Positions 17,169 through 31,084 of a DNA stretch of 64,000 bases are shown piece by piece. The position numbers were made by a program, and so were the translations under genes. This stretch comes from Clostridia bacterium. GTDB lineage: Bacteria; Bacillota; Clostridia; UBA1212; DUPL01. Below the pieces are notes generated by a model. It did not search any database. It was not told the origin of the DNA and saw only the letters and a list, made by a program, of their open reading frames with translations. Within the stretch, counting starts at the first letter, position 1, and the number at the start of each line of letters is the position of its first letter. The stretch is taken from contig JBMNIW010000005.1 of assembly GCA_050951325.1 (NCBI GenBank), positions 128,001 through 192,000 on the forward strand, given 5' to 3'.

Positions 17169-18536
17169 CTATGTTGTTGACTCTACAATATGCTTTTTTC
17201 TTATTCGTTTCCGTGCATAGAAGAAGATTAAGACCTGCCCAAGACCTGCTATCGACCAGGTTACGGGATAGCATAGGTATAGAACAGTTATAGTTGGATA
17301 CCATTTGAAAACAGAATATATCCATACTATCCTTAGCAGGCATGCACCTACCAAGGTGCAGAGCATAGGAAGGATTGAATAGCCCATACCTCGAGTTATG
17401 CCTGGAAAAACGTTCATGAAGGCGCAGGTGAAGTAAAGGCTCATCATTATGAATATTCGGTGCATTCCCAGATTAAGTACCTCAGGATCTGAATTGAATA
17501 TGCTGAGAAGCGGCCTTCCAAAGATTATCACAAGACTGCCGAGTATGAGCCAGGTTGCAAAAATTAGGGCAGTACATACCTTGGCAACGGAATCAATCTT
17601 GTCGTACTTCTTTGCTCCCATGCTTTGACCTGTAAATGTTATTGCTGCATTGTAATAGGCGTTGGTGGTTGTTGCAACGAATCCTTCTACGTTAAGAGCA
17701 GCTGTGTTTGCTGCAATGGTTGTTGTTCCAAAAGAGTTTATTGAAGACTGTACTACTGTGTTGGAAATAGAAAACAGTAGGCCCTGCATTCCAGCTGGGA
17801 AACCAATCCTGAATATCTGAACAAGTTTTTCCCACTCAAGACGCAAGTATTTCGGTTTGAAGCGTATAAGCCCTTCGTGTCTATAAAGGAAAATAAGAAT
17901 GAGAACCATGGATAAATACTGAGAAATAACGGTGGCAAACGCAACACCAGCTACACTCATGTGGAAAACAATAACAAATATGAGGTTTAGGATTACATTT
18001 ACTATTCCTCCTATGACCAGAAAATACATGGGGTTTTTGCTGTCTCCAACTGCTCTCAATATTGATGCGCAGAAGTTGTATACCATGGCGGCAGGTAAAC
18101 CAAAGAAATATATTTTTATATATAATGAAGCTAAAGGAAGGATCTCCTCAGGGGTTCCCATAAGTACCAGCAGGGGTTCATAAATAAACAAACCCAGAAC
18201 CATAACAAAAATACCGAGAATGATACTGAACAATATGGATGTATGTACTGATTCAACCACGCCTTTGGAATCTCCTGCGCCAAATTCCTGAGATACAACG
18301 ACAACAGTTCCGACCGACAAACCCATAAAAAGGTTTATTATTAGGTTTATGAGAGGTCCGGTTGCGCCGACTGCAGCAAAAGGTTCAACTCCTGCAAATC
18401 GTCCTACAACAATCATGTCTGCAGCATTAAACAAAAGTTGCAGAATATTCATCGCCATTATAGGTAATGAGAATATAAAAATATTTGCAATTAAGTTACC
18501 CTTGGTAACATCAATTTCATTACTTTTCTTTAGCAT
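17169..18536 (-). CDS. MATE family efflux transporter
   Basis: LQLLFNAADMIVVG, ILRAVGDSKNP, GVAFATVISQ; about 12 TM segments. Confidence 0.94.
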   Translation of the reverse strand: MLKKSNEIDVTKGNLIANIFIFSLPIMAMNILQLLFNAADMIVVGRFAGVEPFAAVGATGPLINLIINLFMGLSVGTVVVVSQEFGAGDSKGVVESVHTSILFSIILGIFVMVLGLFIYEPLLVLMGTPEEILPLASLYIKIYFFGLPAAMVYNFCASILRAVGDSKNPMYFLVIGGIVNVILNLIFVIVFHMSVAGVAFATVISQYLSMVLILIFLYRHEGLIRFKPKYLRLEWEKLVQIFRIGFPAGMQGLLFSISNTVVQSSINSFGTTTIAANTAALNVEGFVATTTNAYYNAAITFTGQSMGAKKYDKIDSVAKVCTALIFATWLILGSLVIIFGRPLLSIFNSDPEVLNLGMHRIFIMMSLYFTCAFMNVFPGITRGMGYSILPMLCTLVGACLLRIVWIYSVFKWYPTITVLYLCYPVTWSIAGLGQVLIFFYARKRIRKKHIVESTT

Positions 18537-18626
18537 TTTACGCCCACTTTCCTAAAATTTAACTAAAACGTTGTGACAATCCACAAGTACAGTAATTATA
18601 TCAAACAAATATTTAAACATCATTAC

Positions 18627-19086
18627 GAATTAATAAATAAGTATATATACTCAGGAGGGCGTTGGCAGAAATACGGCTGCAAGACCACTTATGGCTACAC
18701 TCTGGTTGGACGCAAGTGTTATTGCCAAAATCATTCCAAAAGATGCAAACCATCTTCCTGTGCAAATCCAATTGGACGTATAAAACAGGGTTTCTATCAA
18801 TAATCAATATTGGCAGGTATTCTGCTATAGCAAAGGCGATATATACAATCAATCTCTACAATGCTTTTATTATCAGGTTCTCTTGATGAGTTTCATCTTA
18901 CAAAATGTTCGGTATGTTGCTAATTATCTCCTGAACCAACAGTGAAAACATAATGGCAAGAATTGCAACTGCAATACTCAGCGTCTCATCCCAATGAAGT
19001 CCTTGGGTAATTTTATAAGCACTAAGTATAATGAGAAGTATCGCAATACTTAGTTTAAACAAGGGTTTGTCAATTATTTTTTGCAT
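18627..19086 (-). pseudogene. Degraded membrane-protein gene (in-frame stops and a frameshift)
   Basis: 62-aa hydrophobic ORF with RBS; the same frame continues through TAA and TAG into a second hydrophobic stretch; a third hydrophobic stretch follows in another frame. Confidence 0.4.
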
Positions 19087-19191
19087 GTATAACCTCTTCC
19101 AATTTCTTTTCCATTTATATTATGCTTATTTCAATAGTTTGTCTAGCAGTTTCAAAAATGCTATACTATATTCGTAACAAAAGGCAAGGGG

Positions 19192-19866
19192 ATGATTATG
19201 AAAACGAGTATTAAAGCAGAAGCATTGGTTTTTGACATGGATGGAACGTTGTTGGATTCATTGTATTATTGGCGTAATACTGATTTGTATGCTGCCAAAG
19301 CATTTAACTTTGAACCAAACAAGAATATCAAGCTTAGTGAGCAACCTGGAAGTTTTTTTGAAAGAGTAAAGAATTATGTAAACCTCCATGGTTTTGATCA
19401 TGATTTGGATACGATAAAAGAGGAATTACATAGAGTGGCTATAGAGTTTTATACAACTGAGGTTACTCCAAAACACAAGGCGGTTAATTTTTTGGAGCAT
19501 GTTCTTTCACAAGGCAAAAGGATTGGTATTGCAACAGCCACCAATGGCAGGGTTGCGAAAATCGCACTTGAGCATCTTGGGCTTCTTGAATATTTTGAGT
19601 TTGTCCTTTCAAATGATGATATTGGAGTCAGCAAAAGGCATCCTGATATCTATTTGCTTGCTGCAGAGAAGCTGGGACAATCTGTAGAGAACACAATTGT
19701 ATTTGAAGACAATCCCAATTGTGTTAGAACTGCCAAGAATGCAGGTTTTAGAGTTGCAGGTATAAATGATAGACACTTTAGCGAAGAGGAGAACAAAATG
19801 ACCGCAGATATAGCGGACTGGACTGCTTGGGATTATGAATATTACATTGAATTGTTTAAAGCATAG
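19192..19866 (+). CDS. HAD family phosphatase
   Basis: FDMDGTLLDS, ATA, K..PDIY, FEDN motifs. Confidence 0.93.
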   Translation: MIMKTSIKAEALVFDMDGTLLDSLYYWRNTDLYAAKAFNFEPNKNIKLSEQPGSFFERVKNYVNLHGFDHDLDTIKEELHRVAIEFYTTEVTPKHKAVNFLEHVLSQGKRIGIATATNGRVAKIALEHLGLLEYFEFVLSNDDIGVSKRHPDIYLLAAEKLGQSVENTIVFEDNPNCVRTAKNAGFRVAGINDRHFSEEENKMTADIADWTAWDYEYYIELFKA

Positions 19867-19877
19867 AAGGGACGTTT

Positions 19878-20699
19878 ATGATTTATATACACACAGCTCT
19901 TTCTGTTGAAGCATCTCCGATAATAGAGGGATTCAAACTGAAAAAGGATATGGATACAAAAGAGTTCCAAGTGTTTGGAAACGAAGATGTCATACTGATT
20001 GTTAGCGGTGTAGGGAAAGTCAAATGCGCCATGGGTATTGCTTATCTTTTTGGCAAATACGGAGTGTGCGAGAAGGATATTCTTCTTAACGTAGGTTATT
20101 GCGGCAGTAGCAATCTTGACGTACCGCTCGGAACACTTAAACTTGCAAACAAGGTTGTAGATATGGATACAGGCAGGGAGTACTTTCCCGATTTGTTTGT
20201 GACAGGATACGAGCAAGAATGCATATCCTGTTTTTCGAATGTGATAACAAATAGAAAAGAAAACACTGAGGGTGTTTTTGTAGATATGGAATCTGCAGGA
20301 GTAATGGAGGCTTCTTACAAGTTTCTGTATCCTCATCAGACTGTTATTGTTAAAATTGTATCTGATTACATGGATGATGAAAGAAAGGATGTTTTGTTCT
20401 TAAAATCCTTAATAGATAAAAATCTTTCCAATATTGAAGATATAATTAAGCAGTCAAGAGACATCGTGTGCATGGCACAAGGCCTTAACATGGCTGAGGA
20501 AGATGCAATTCTTGATAGAATAAGGGCGAATATGAGGTTTACAAAAGGAATGATGGATTTATTAAGACCTCGAGTCAGGAAGGCTAAGATTAAAGGATAC
20601 GATACTGTAAGCATTCTTTGTGGTTTTCTTGATAGTAAAAGTTCATCCAAAGTTGAAAGGAAGAGAGTGTTTGATGAGTTGCTTAAAAAACTTAAGTAG
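19878..20699 (+). CDS. Nucleoside phosphorylase / MTA-SAH nucleosidase-like protein with C-terminal extension
   Basis: TAL..EA, SGVGK, NVGYCG, DMESAG, KIVSD motifs. Confidence 0.8.
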   Translation: MIYIHTALSVEASPIIEGFKLKKDMDTKEFQVFGNEDVILIVSGVGKVKCAMGIAYLFGKYGVCEKDILLNVGYCGSSNLDVPLGTLKLANKVVDMDTGREYFPDLFVTGYEQECISCFSNVITNRKENTEGVFVDMESAGVMEASYKFLYPHQTVIVKIVSDYMDDERKDVLFLKSLIDKNLSNIEDIIKQSRDIVCMAQGLNMAEEDAILDRIRANMRFTKGMMDLLRPRVRKAKIKGYDTVSILCGFLDSKSSSKVERKRVFDELLKKLK

Positions 20700-21663
20700 C
20701 CGGGCTGTACATAGAATATACGTGGAGGAAGATGCTTTTGGGTATGATATAACCCGAAAGGTACTGAAAAAATACTCTGATTGCGATATTGTAAAAATTA
20801 ATAATTACAAGGATGTTTTTAACAGAACAAGGCAGAGTTTCTCACTGCAAAAGAAATTTCCGCAGCTGATACTTGCAGTTAAAAAGGATACCTTTATTTA
20901 CGAAGGTTCTCCCATGTGTCAGAATTTTGGTCATCAAAGCTACTATTATGCAACTTTTATGGTAAACTGTATTTTTGACTGTCAGTATTGTTTTCTGCAA
21001 GGAATGTATAATTCTTCGAATATTGTCTGTTTTGTGAATGTGGAGGATTTTGCTAAAGAATTCTCAAGGATGGAATGTGGCAGCATGATTGCCCTTTCCT
21101 ATGAAACGGATTTGATTGCACACCACAACATAGTTCCATACCTTGAATATATTTATGAATATATAAAGGCGACGGAAAATGTTGCTTTTGAAATAAGGAC
21201 AAAAAGTGCAAATACATTAATTTTGTCGAAGTACATGCCACTAGACAATCTGATTCTTGCATATACGCTGACACCTCAAAAGATTATAGATTCTTATGAA
21301 AGATTTACCCCAAATCTGGATGCGAGAATAAAGGCGGTAAATCATGCGCTTGATTTGGGCTTTAAGGTAAGAATTTGTTTTGACCCTATATTTGCAGATG
21401 AGGATTATGAAGAGTTCTTTCAGCATGTATTTGAAAAAATTGATGGAAAGAGAATAAACGATATAGGATATGGTTTTTTTAGAATGCCAAAGGAGCAGTA
21501 TCTAAAAGCGTTCAAAATCAGCGACAGTATCGTGTATGCAAAGGATTATGTTGAAGAGGATGGAGTGGTTACTTTTCCTGAAAAAATGATAACTGAAGCA
21601 ACGAAAATACATATGGATATAATTGAATATTTTGTGGACAAGGAGAAGATATATATTCTATGA
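20674..21663 (+). CDS. Spore-photoproduct-lyase-like radical SAM protein
   Basis: CIFDCQYCFLQ (CxxxCxxC), FVNVED, EIRTKS, YTLTP...E..TP.LDARI, FDPI as in the SplB family; overlaps both neighbours. Confidence 0.88.
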   Translation: MSCLKNLSSRAVHRIYVEEDAFGYDITRKVLKKYSDCDIVKINNYKDVFNRTRQSFSLQKKFPQLILAVKKDTFIYEGSPMCQNFGHQSYYYATFMVNCIFDCQYCFLQGMYNSSNIVCFVNVEDFAKEFSRMECGSMIALSYETDLIAHHNIVPYLEYIYEYIKATENVAFEIRTKSANTLILSKYMPLDNLILAYTLTPQKIIDSYERFTPNLDARIKAVNHALDLGFKVRICFDPIFADEDYEEFFQHVFEKIDGKRINDIGYGFFRMPKEQYLKAFKISDSIVYAKDYVEEDGVVTFPEKMITEATKIHMDIIEYFVDKEKIYIL

Positions 21664-22358
21664 AAAGAGCGATTGTTACCGGAAGTTCCAAAGGGATCGG
21701 AAAGAGTATTGTTAAAAGATTGCTCTCTCTGGGGTACCGAGTATATGGTATTTCAAGAACTGTTACCTTTGACGATGAAAATTTCATACCTGTTATTTGC
21801 GATATTCTTGATACAAAAAGTCTTTTTGAGGTAGTTGATGAGATAAGGAAGAAGGAAGAAGGTTTGGATCTGCTTGTAAACAATGCAGGCATCGGAGTTT
21901 TTGGACCTCACGAGCAGTTGGATGCAAAAGGCATACAGGAAATGGTCAGACTTAATCTTGAAGTGCCTCTTTTGTTGACCAATAGACTTTTGAGGGACCT
22001 CGTAAAGTCAAAAGGGACTGTCATATTTATATCTTCTGTAACAGCAAAGAAAACCAGTCCTCACGGTTGTGCATATGCGGCCACCAAGGCGGGTGTAAGC
22101 AAGTTTGCTGAAAGCTTGTTCGAGGAGGTCAGGAAAAAGGGAGTAAAGGTTACTGTTATACATCCTGACATGACAATGACAAACTTTTATGATGAATCAG
22201 ACTTTACATGCGACGATGATGAAAGTGCATACATTTTACCTCAGCAGGTGGCGGACTGCGTTGAGTTTGTACTTAAAATGGAATCCAATCTGGCTGTTAA
22301 TGACATTACTTTAAGACCACAAATAAATAGAATTAAAAGAAGGAAGGTAATAGAATAA
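21660..22358 (+). CDS. Short-chain dehydrogenase/reductase
   Basis: TGSSKGIG, NNAG, YAATK catalytic motif. Confidence 0.95.
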   Translation: MKRAIVTGSSKGIGKSIVKRLLSLGYRVYGISRTVTFDDENFIPVICDILDTKSLFEVVDEIRKKEEGLDLLVNNAGIGVFGPHEQLDAKGIQEMVRLNLEVPLLLTNRLLRDLVKSKGTVIFISSVTAKKTSPHGCAYAATKAGVSKFAESLFEEVRKKGVKVTVIHPDMTMTNFYDESDFTCDDDESAYILPQQVADCVEFVLKMESNLAVNDITLRPQINRIKRRKVIE

Positions 22359-23059
22359 TGAAAATTCATTTTTTAGGAACAGGTGCCGCAGATTGGGATA
22401 TAAACAACCCAAGCGGTGACATCAATTTCAGGCGTTTTTCAAGCGTTCTTGTCGACGATTGTCTACTTATCGACCCGGGTCCATGCATTTTTGAGTTTGC
22501 AGAAACCTTTAAACATCCCAAACTTTTTGCCCTTCTAAAGGATGTAATCTGCACACACAAGCATGCTGACCATTTTAATCAAGATAATCTTAATAGACTG
22601 CTTGGTGAGTCTGCTAATGCAAGATTCCATGAAATTGATGCATTTGCCAAACTCGAGACTGATAATCATGTAATATATTCATACCCTGCAAATCATGGAA
22701 CAGCGGTATCCCCGAAAAATTATGTAGTGGAAAGCAAGGTTTCAGGAAAGAGATTTTTCTATGGACTTGATGGTGCGTGGATTTTATACGATGTGTACAA
22801 GGCGCTTCTTGAGTTTGGACATCTGGATTTGATGGTGTTTGATGCTACAATTGGAAATATTGAAGGAGATTACAGAATCTTTGAACACAACAATCTGACA
22901 ATGATAAAAGAAATGAGTAAAACATTCAGGAAGATTTGCTCGAATTTCATAATATCTCATATGGCAAGAACCCTGCATGCATCCCATGAAGAGCTGGAAA
23001 AGGATATGGGGAAATACGGAATTATGGTTGCTCATGACAATATGATAATAAATATTTGA
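22358..23059 (+). CDS. Metallo-beta-lactamase fold hydrolase (PhnP/RNase Z-like)
   Basis: FLGTGAAD, IDPGP, THKHADH, ANH, DAT, EHN, SH motifs. Confidence 0.88.
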   Translation: MKIHFLGTGAADWDINNPSGDINFRRFSSVLVDDCLLIDPGPCIFEFAETFKHPKLFALLKDVICTHKHADHFNQDNLNRLLGESANARFHEIDAFAKLETDNHVIYSYPANHGTAVSPKNYVVESKVSGKRFFYGLDGAWILYDVYKALLEFGHLDLMVFDATIGNIEGDYRIFEHNNLTMIKEMSKTFRKICSNFIISHMARTLHASHEELEKDMGKYGIMVAHDNMIINI

Positions 23060-23063
23060 ATTA

Positions 23064-23106
23064 CGTTGCATTTGCAACGGAATTCTGTTTTTTTATCATG
23101 TATAAT
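23064..23106 (+). promoter_or_regulatory. Crp/Fnr-type palindrome and -10 box upstream of an Fe-S protein
   Basis: CGTTGC-attt-GCAACG at 23064-23079 and TATAAT at 23101-23106. Confidence 0.6.
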
Positions 23107-23156
23107 TCAACCATGAAGTTGGAAAACTTTAAAATTTGTGATTAAAGGTGAGAGTT

Positions 23157-23855
23157 ATGGTAAAAAGACAAATTATTAAGATTGATGAAGATAAATGTAA
23201 CGGATGCGGACTTTGCGTGGATGCATGCCATGAAGGTGCAATTCAACTTATCGACAACAAGGCAAAACTAATAAGGGATGACTATTGCGATGGCCTTGGT
23301 AACTGTCTGCCTGTTTGTCCAACTGGAGCCATTTCTTTTGAGGTAAGGGAAGCACTTCCTTTTGACGAAGAAGCTGTTATGGCAGCCCAAAAGGCTAAAG
23401 AGGAAGACCTGCCTTGTGGTTGTCCTGGCTCAATGGCAAGAGCTATTAAACCAACCAATGATGAAACTCCAAAAGTCGAAGTTGAAATGAAGTCACAGCT
23501 GAGACAGTGGCCTGTACAAATAAAGCTGGTACCAGTTAATGCACCGTATTTTAACGGAGCTAGTTTGTTGATTGCTGCAGACTGTACTGCTTTTGCATAT
23601 GCCAACTTTCATGAGAAGTTCATTAAGGGGAAAATCACACTTATAGGTTGTCCCAAACTAGACATGGTGGACTATTCTGAGAAGCTGACTCAGATATTGA
23701 GGCACAACAATATCAAGAATGTTACGGTTGTCAGAATGGAAGTTCCTTGCTGTGGCGGAATTGTATACGCAGTAACTGAAGCTTTGAGGAACAGCGGTAA
23801 GATGATACCATGGCAGGTTGTTACTGTTTCTACTGACGGAGAAGTAATCGAATAA
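23157..23855 (+). CDS. 4Fe-4S dicluster protein with C-terminal AADC/GCPKLD/EVPCC domain
   Basis: CNGCGLCVDACHEGA, CDGLGNCLPVCP, CGCPGS, QWPVQ, MEVPCCGG. Confidence 0.9.
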   Translation: MVKRQIIKIDEDKCNGCGLCVDACHEGAIQLIDNKAKLIRDDYCDGLGNCLPVCPTGAISFEVREALPFDEEAVMAAQKAKEEDLPCGCPGSMARAIKPTNDETPKVEVEMKSQLRQWPVQIKLVPVNAPYFNGASLLIAADCTAFAYANFHEKFIKGKITLIGCPKLDMVDYSEKLTQILRHNNIKNVTVVRMEVPCCGGIVYAVTEALRNSGKMIPWQVVTVSTDGEVIE

Positions 23856-23928
23856 TACTTATTAACTATTAGAGCCTGAAGACTCCTGAACATAGTATAT
23901 ATGTAAAGCTGTGTTTAGGAGTTTTTTT

Positions 23929-24420
23929 ATGCTTGTAGATATTGGATACGATAGAAATTCAGCTTTTGAGTATGCAAAGAAATGGGCGTACAAACGAAAT
24001 CCCAAATATTATAACTTTGATAAACTTGGAGGGGATTGCACAAACTTTGTATCCCAATGTATACTTTCAGGCTGCCAAGTAATGAACTACAAACCGACTT
24101 TTGGCTGGTACTATATCAATTTGAATGACAGAACTCCATCCTGGAGTGGAGTTATATATTTGTACAATTTCCTTGTTGACAACAAGGGCACAGGGCCATA
24201 TGGGGTGGAAGTGGGACTTGACAAAATACAGATTGGAGATGTTATACAGCTAGGTCATGCCAATGGTTTTTATCACTCTCTTTTTGTAACAGGTGTTTCC
24301 TCAAATGATATATTCGTTTCAACTCATACCCAAGATGCGTTCATGAGGGGATTAAGCACGTATTTCTTTGAAAGGTTCAGGTGCATCCATATTCTGGGTG
24401 CAAGAAAGTATGTGAAATAG
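23929..24420 (+). CDS. Amidase_6 domain protein
   Basis: YDR..A..YA.KW, GGDCTNFVSQC, GDVIQ, HS..V, HT motifs. Confidence 0.88.
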   Translation: MLVDIGYDRNSAFEYAKKWAYKRNPKYYNFDKLGGDCTNFVSQCILSGCQVMNYKPTFGWYYINLNDRTPSWSGVIYLYNFLVDNKGTGPYGVEVGLDKIQIGDVIQLGHANGFYHSLFVTGVSSNDIFVSTHTQDAFMRGLSTYFFERFRCIHILGARKYVK

Positions 24421-24515
24421 AGGGTTTTGTGTAGGAAATCTTACTTTATTCATGATATAATGTAATGGTACATAAGTTTATGAAAGGAGAACTTGCCGGC
24501 AAGGCAAAGAAATAC

Positions 24516-25073
24516 ATGACTTGGGAACAGCTTGAAAGTAATTGTAGGGAATGCAGGCGTTGTGGACTTGCATATGGCAGGACTAATGTGGTAATTGGAA
24601 GGGGATGCAAAACTGCTCCTGTTATGATTGTTGGAGAAGGTCCTGGACAAAAGGAGGACGAAACAGGTCTGCCTTTTGTTGGCAGGGCGGGAGAATTGTT
24701 GGATCTAGCCCTTGAATCCCTGGGATTTTCCGAAAATGATTATTACATAGCAAACATCGTCAAGTGCAGACCTGAGAACAACAGAACCCCTACGGAGGAT
24801 GAGTGTGAAAAGTGTCTTCCGTATTTAAGGGCACAGTTTGCTTTAATCAGACCTAAGATTATTGTGTGCTTGGGCAACGTGGCAACAAAAGCGATGATAG
24901 ACAAGAGTTTTCAGGTATCAAAAGCCAGAGGTATCTGGTACACCAAAAATGGGACGCTGTTTCTGGCAACTTATCATCCGGCTGCGCTTCTCAGGGATGA
25001 AAGCAAAAAGATAGAAATGTGGGAAGATTTAAGAAAGGTTAAGATAAGGCTTTATGAAGGACTTGATACATGA
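24516..25073 (+). CDS. Uracil-DNA glycosylase, family 4 (4Fe-4S)
   Basis: CRRC, GEGPG, PFVGRAG, NIVKCRP..NR.P...C, YHPAA. Start could be as early as 24465. Confidence 0.93.
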   Translation: MTWEQLESNCRECRRCGLAYGRTNVVIGRGCKTAPVMIVGEGPGQKEDETGLPFVGRAGELLDLALESLGFSENDYYIANIVKCRPENNRTPTEDECEKCLPYLRAQFALIRPKIIVCLGNVATKAMIDKSFQVSKARGIWYTKNGTLFLATYHPAALLRDESKKIEMWEDLRKVKIRLYEGLDT

Positions 25074-25659
25074 ATTTAACAAGAAATATGCAGAATACAT
25101 GCTTTCAATAGACGGGATAAACAACGGTATCAACCTGGAATTTGTTTTTGGAGACGGAAGTATAAACAGCGTTGTAATGCTGGTTGGGGAGGCGCCGGGC
25201 AAGGATGAGGTTGCGTTAAAGAAACCCTTTGTTGGACAGGCTGGAAGGATACTGTCCAAGTTTCTTGAGTCCGTCAACATTGAGAGGGAAGACGTGTACA
25301 TTACAAATGCAATAAAGTACAGGTTGAGCAAGGAAGGTAAAAGGCCAGGCACTTTTGTGAACAGACCTGCGAAACTGGAGGAGATCGAACTTGCCAAAGT
25401 CTTTTTGCTTGAAGAGGTTGATATTGTTAAACCTAAAATTATTGTTCCCATGGGCAATGTGCCATTGAAGGCATTGTTTGGGAAAAACATGAGCATTGGC
25501 GAGAATCACGGTAGGATTTTTGAAGGAATTATAAAAGATACAGTCGTTTATCCTATATATCATCCTGCTAGTTTGATATACAACAGAAAGCTTGAAAAAG
25601 TATATGAACTTGACATTTTACACCTTCGAGACATTATCAACGAAACAATGCATAAATGA
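25054..25659 (+). CDS. Uracil-DNA glycosylase family 4-like paralog without Fe-S cysteines
   Basis: GEAPG, PFVGQAG, TNAIKYR, NRP, YHPAS; no Cys in the protein. Confidence 0.88.
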   Translation: MKDLIHEFNKKYAEYMLSIDGINNGINLEFVFGDGSINSVVMLVGEAPGKDEVALKKPFVGQAGRILSKFLESVNIEREDVYITNAIKYRLSKEGKRPGTFVNRPAKLEEIELAKVFLLEEVDIVKPKIIVPMGNVPLKALFGKNMSIGENHGRIFEGIIKDTVVYPIYHPASLIYNRKLEKVYELDILHLRDIINETMHK

Positions 25660-25689
25660 TTTGGTAAAAATTAATTTAAAAATATACTC

Positions 25690-25718
25690 TTGACAAGCAA
25701 ATTCAGGTTTGCTATACT
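25690..25718 (+). promoter_or_regulatory. rRNA operon promoter
   Basis: TTGACA-17 nt-TATACT with TGn; leader has boxA-like gcacattgaaaa and a processing stem (aaacagcgtatc pairs with gatacgctgttt in the ITS). Confidence 0.85.
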
Positions 25719-25857
25719 AATCGAGCTGTCCAACGACAGCAGCACATTGAAAACTAAACAGCGTATCATGTAACTCGTTTAATTCTTATGAGTTAATTTT
25801 AAACAAGCCAGTTAAACTGGAAACGTAAAGAGCTAACAAATTTTTAGTTTGAAGATA

Positions 25858-27411
<1,554 letters not shown>

Positions 27412-27462
27412 AGTAATTCCTTTAAGTGAACGAAAGTACAGATACGCTGTTTAGATAAATAT

Positions 27463-27538
27463 GGGGGTATAGCTCAGTTGGGAGAGCACCTGCCTTGCAA
27501 GCAGGGGGTCATGAGTTCGAATCTCATTATCTCCACCA
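27463..27538 (+). tRNA. tRNA-Ala(TGC) in the 16S-23S spacer
   Basis: gggggta/tatctcc acceptor stem, anticodon TGC, CCA. Confidence 0.97.
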
Positions 27539-27678
27539 GACCAATAAAATTGGTCAAGTAAATTGAAATGTTTATGAACATTGACAATCGAATAACGAAA
27601 ATATATATATGATGAAGCCGAAAGGGTAAATAATAAATTACTCTTAGGATTACTCAATCTAGACGGAGAGAGAACATA

Positions 27679-30585
<2,907 letters not shown>

Positions 30586-30694
30586 AAAAATAAACGAACA
30601 AGACACAATCGTTGAAGATTGAGTAAGACATCATTCGTATATATATCGGTAGTTGTTCGATTGTCAATGTGGCATAAACATGCCACATCAGACA

Positions 30695-30810
<116 letters not shown>

Positions 30811-30926
30811 TTTTTTTAAAAATTCTTTGGATATGTAAAGTGTATAAGGCGTTGTTCCAATGGCTTTGTGCGTTTTTGAATTCAAAGAATAAAAATATTC
30901 GGTGGTATAGACCGCCGAAAACATAT

Positions 30927-31002
30927 TCCTCAATAGCTCAGTTGGTAGAGCATGCGGCTGTTAACCGCAGGGTCGTTGGTTCGAGCCCAACTTGAGGAGC
31001 CA
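30927..31002 (+). tRNA. tRNA-Asn(GTT), copy 1
   Basis: tcctcaa/ttgagga acceptor stem, anticodon GTT, CCA; followed by a terminator. Confidence 0.97.
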
Positions 31003-31084
31003 TAGAGAATCATCCGATATCGTGGATGGTTCTCTTTTTTGTTGATTACATGGTATAATTATAAAAAAGTTTCAGGTGTTTTAT

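Noticed and set aside
25054-25659. UdgX assignment
   Set aside because: No KRRIH motif and no Fe-S cysteines.
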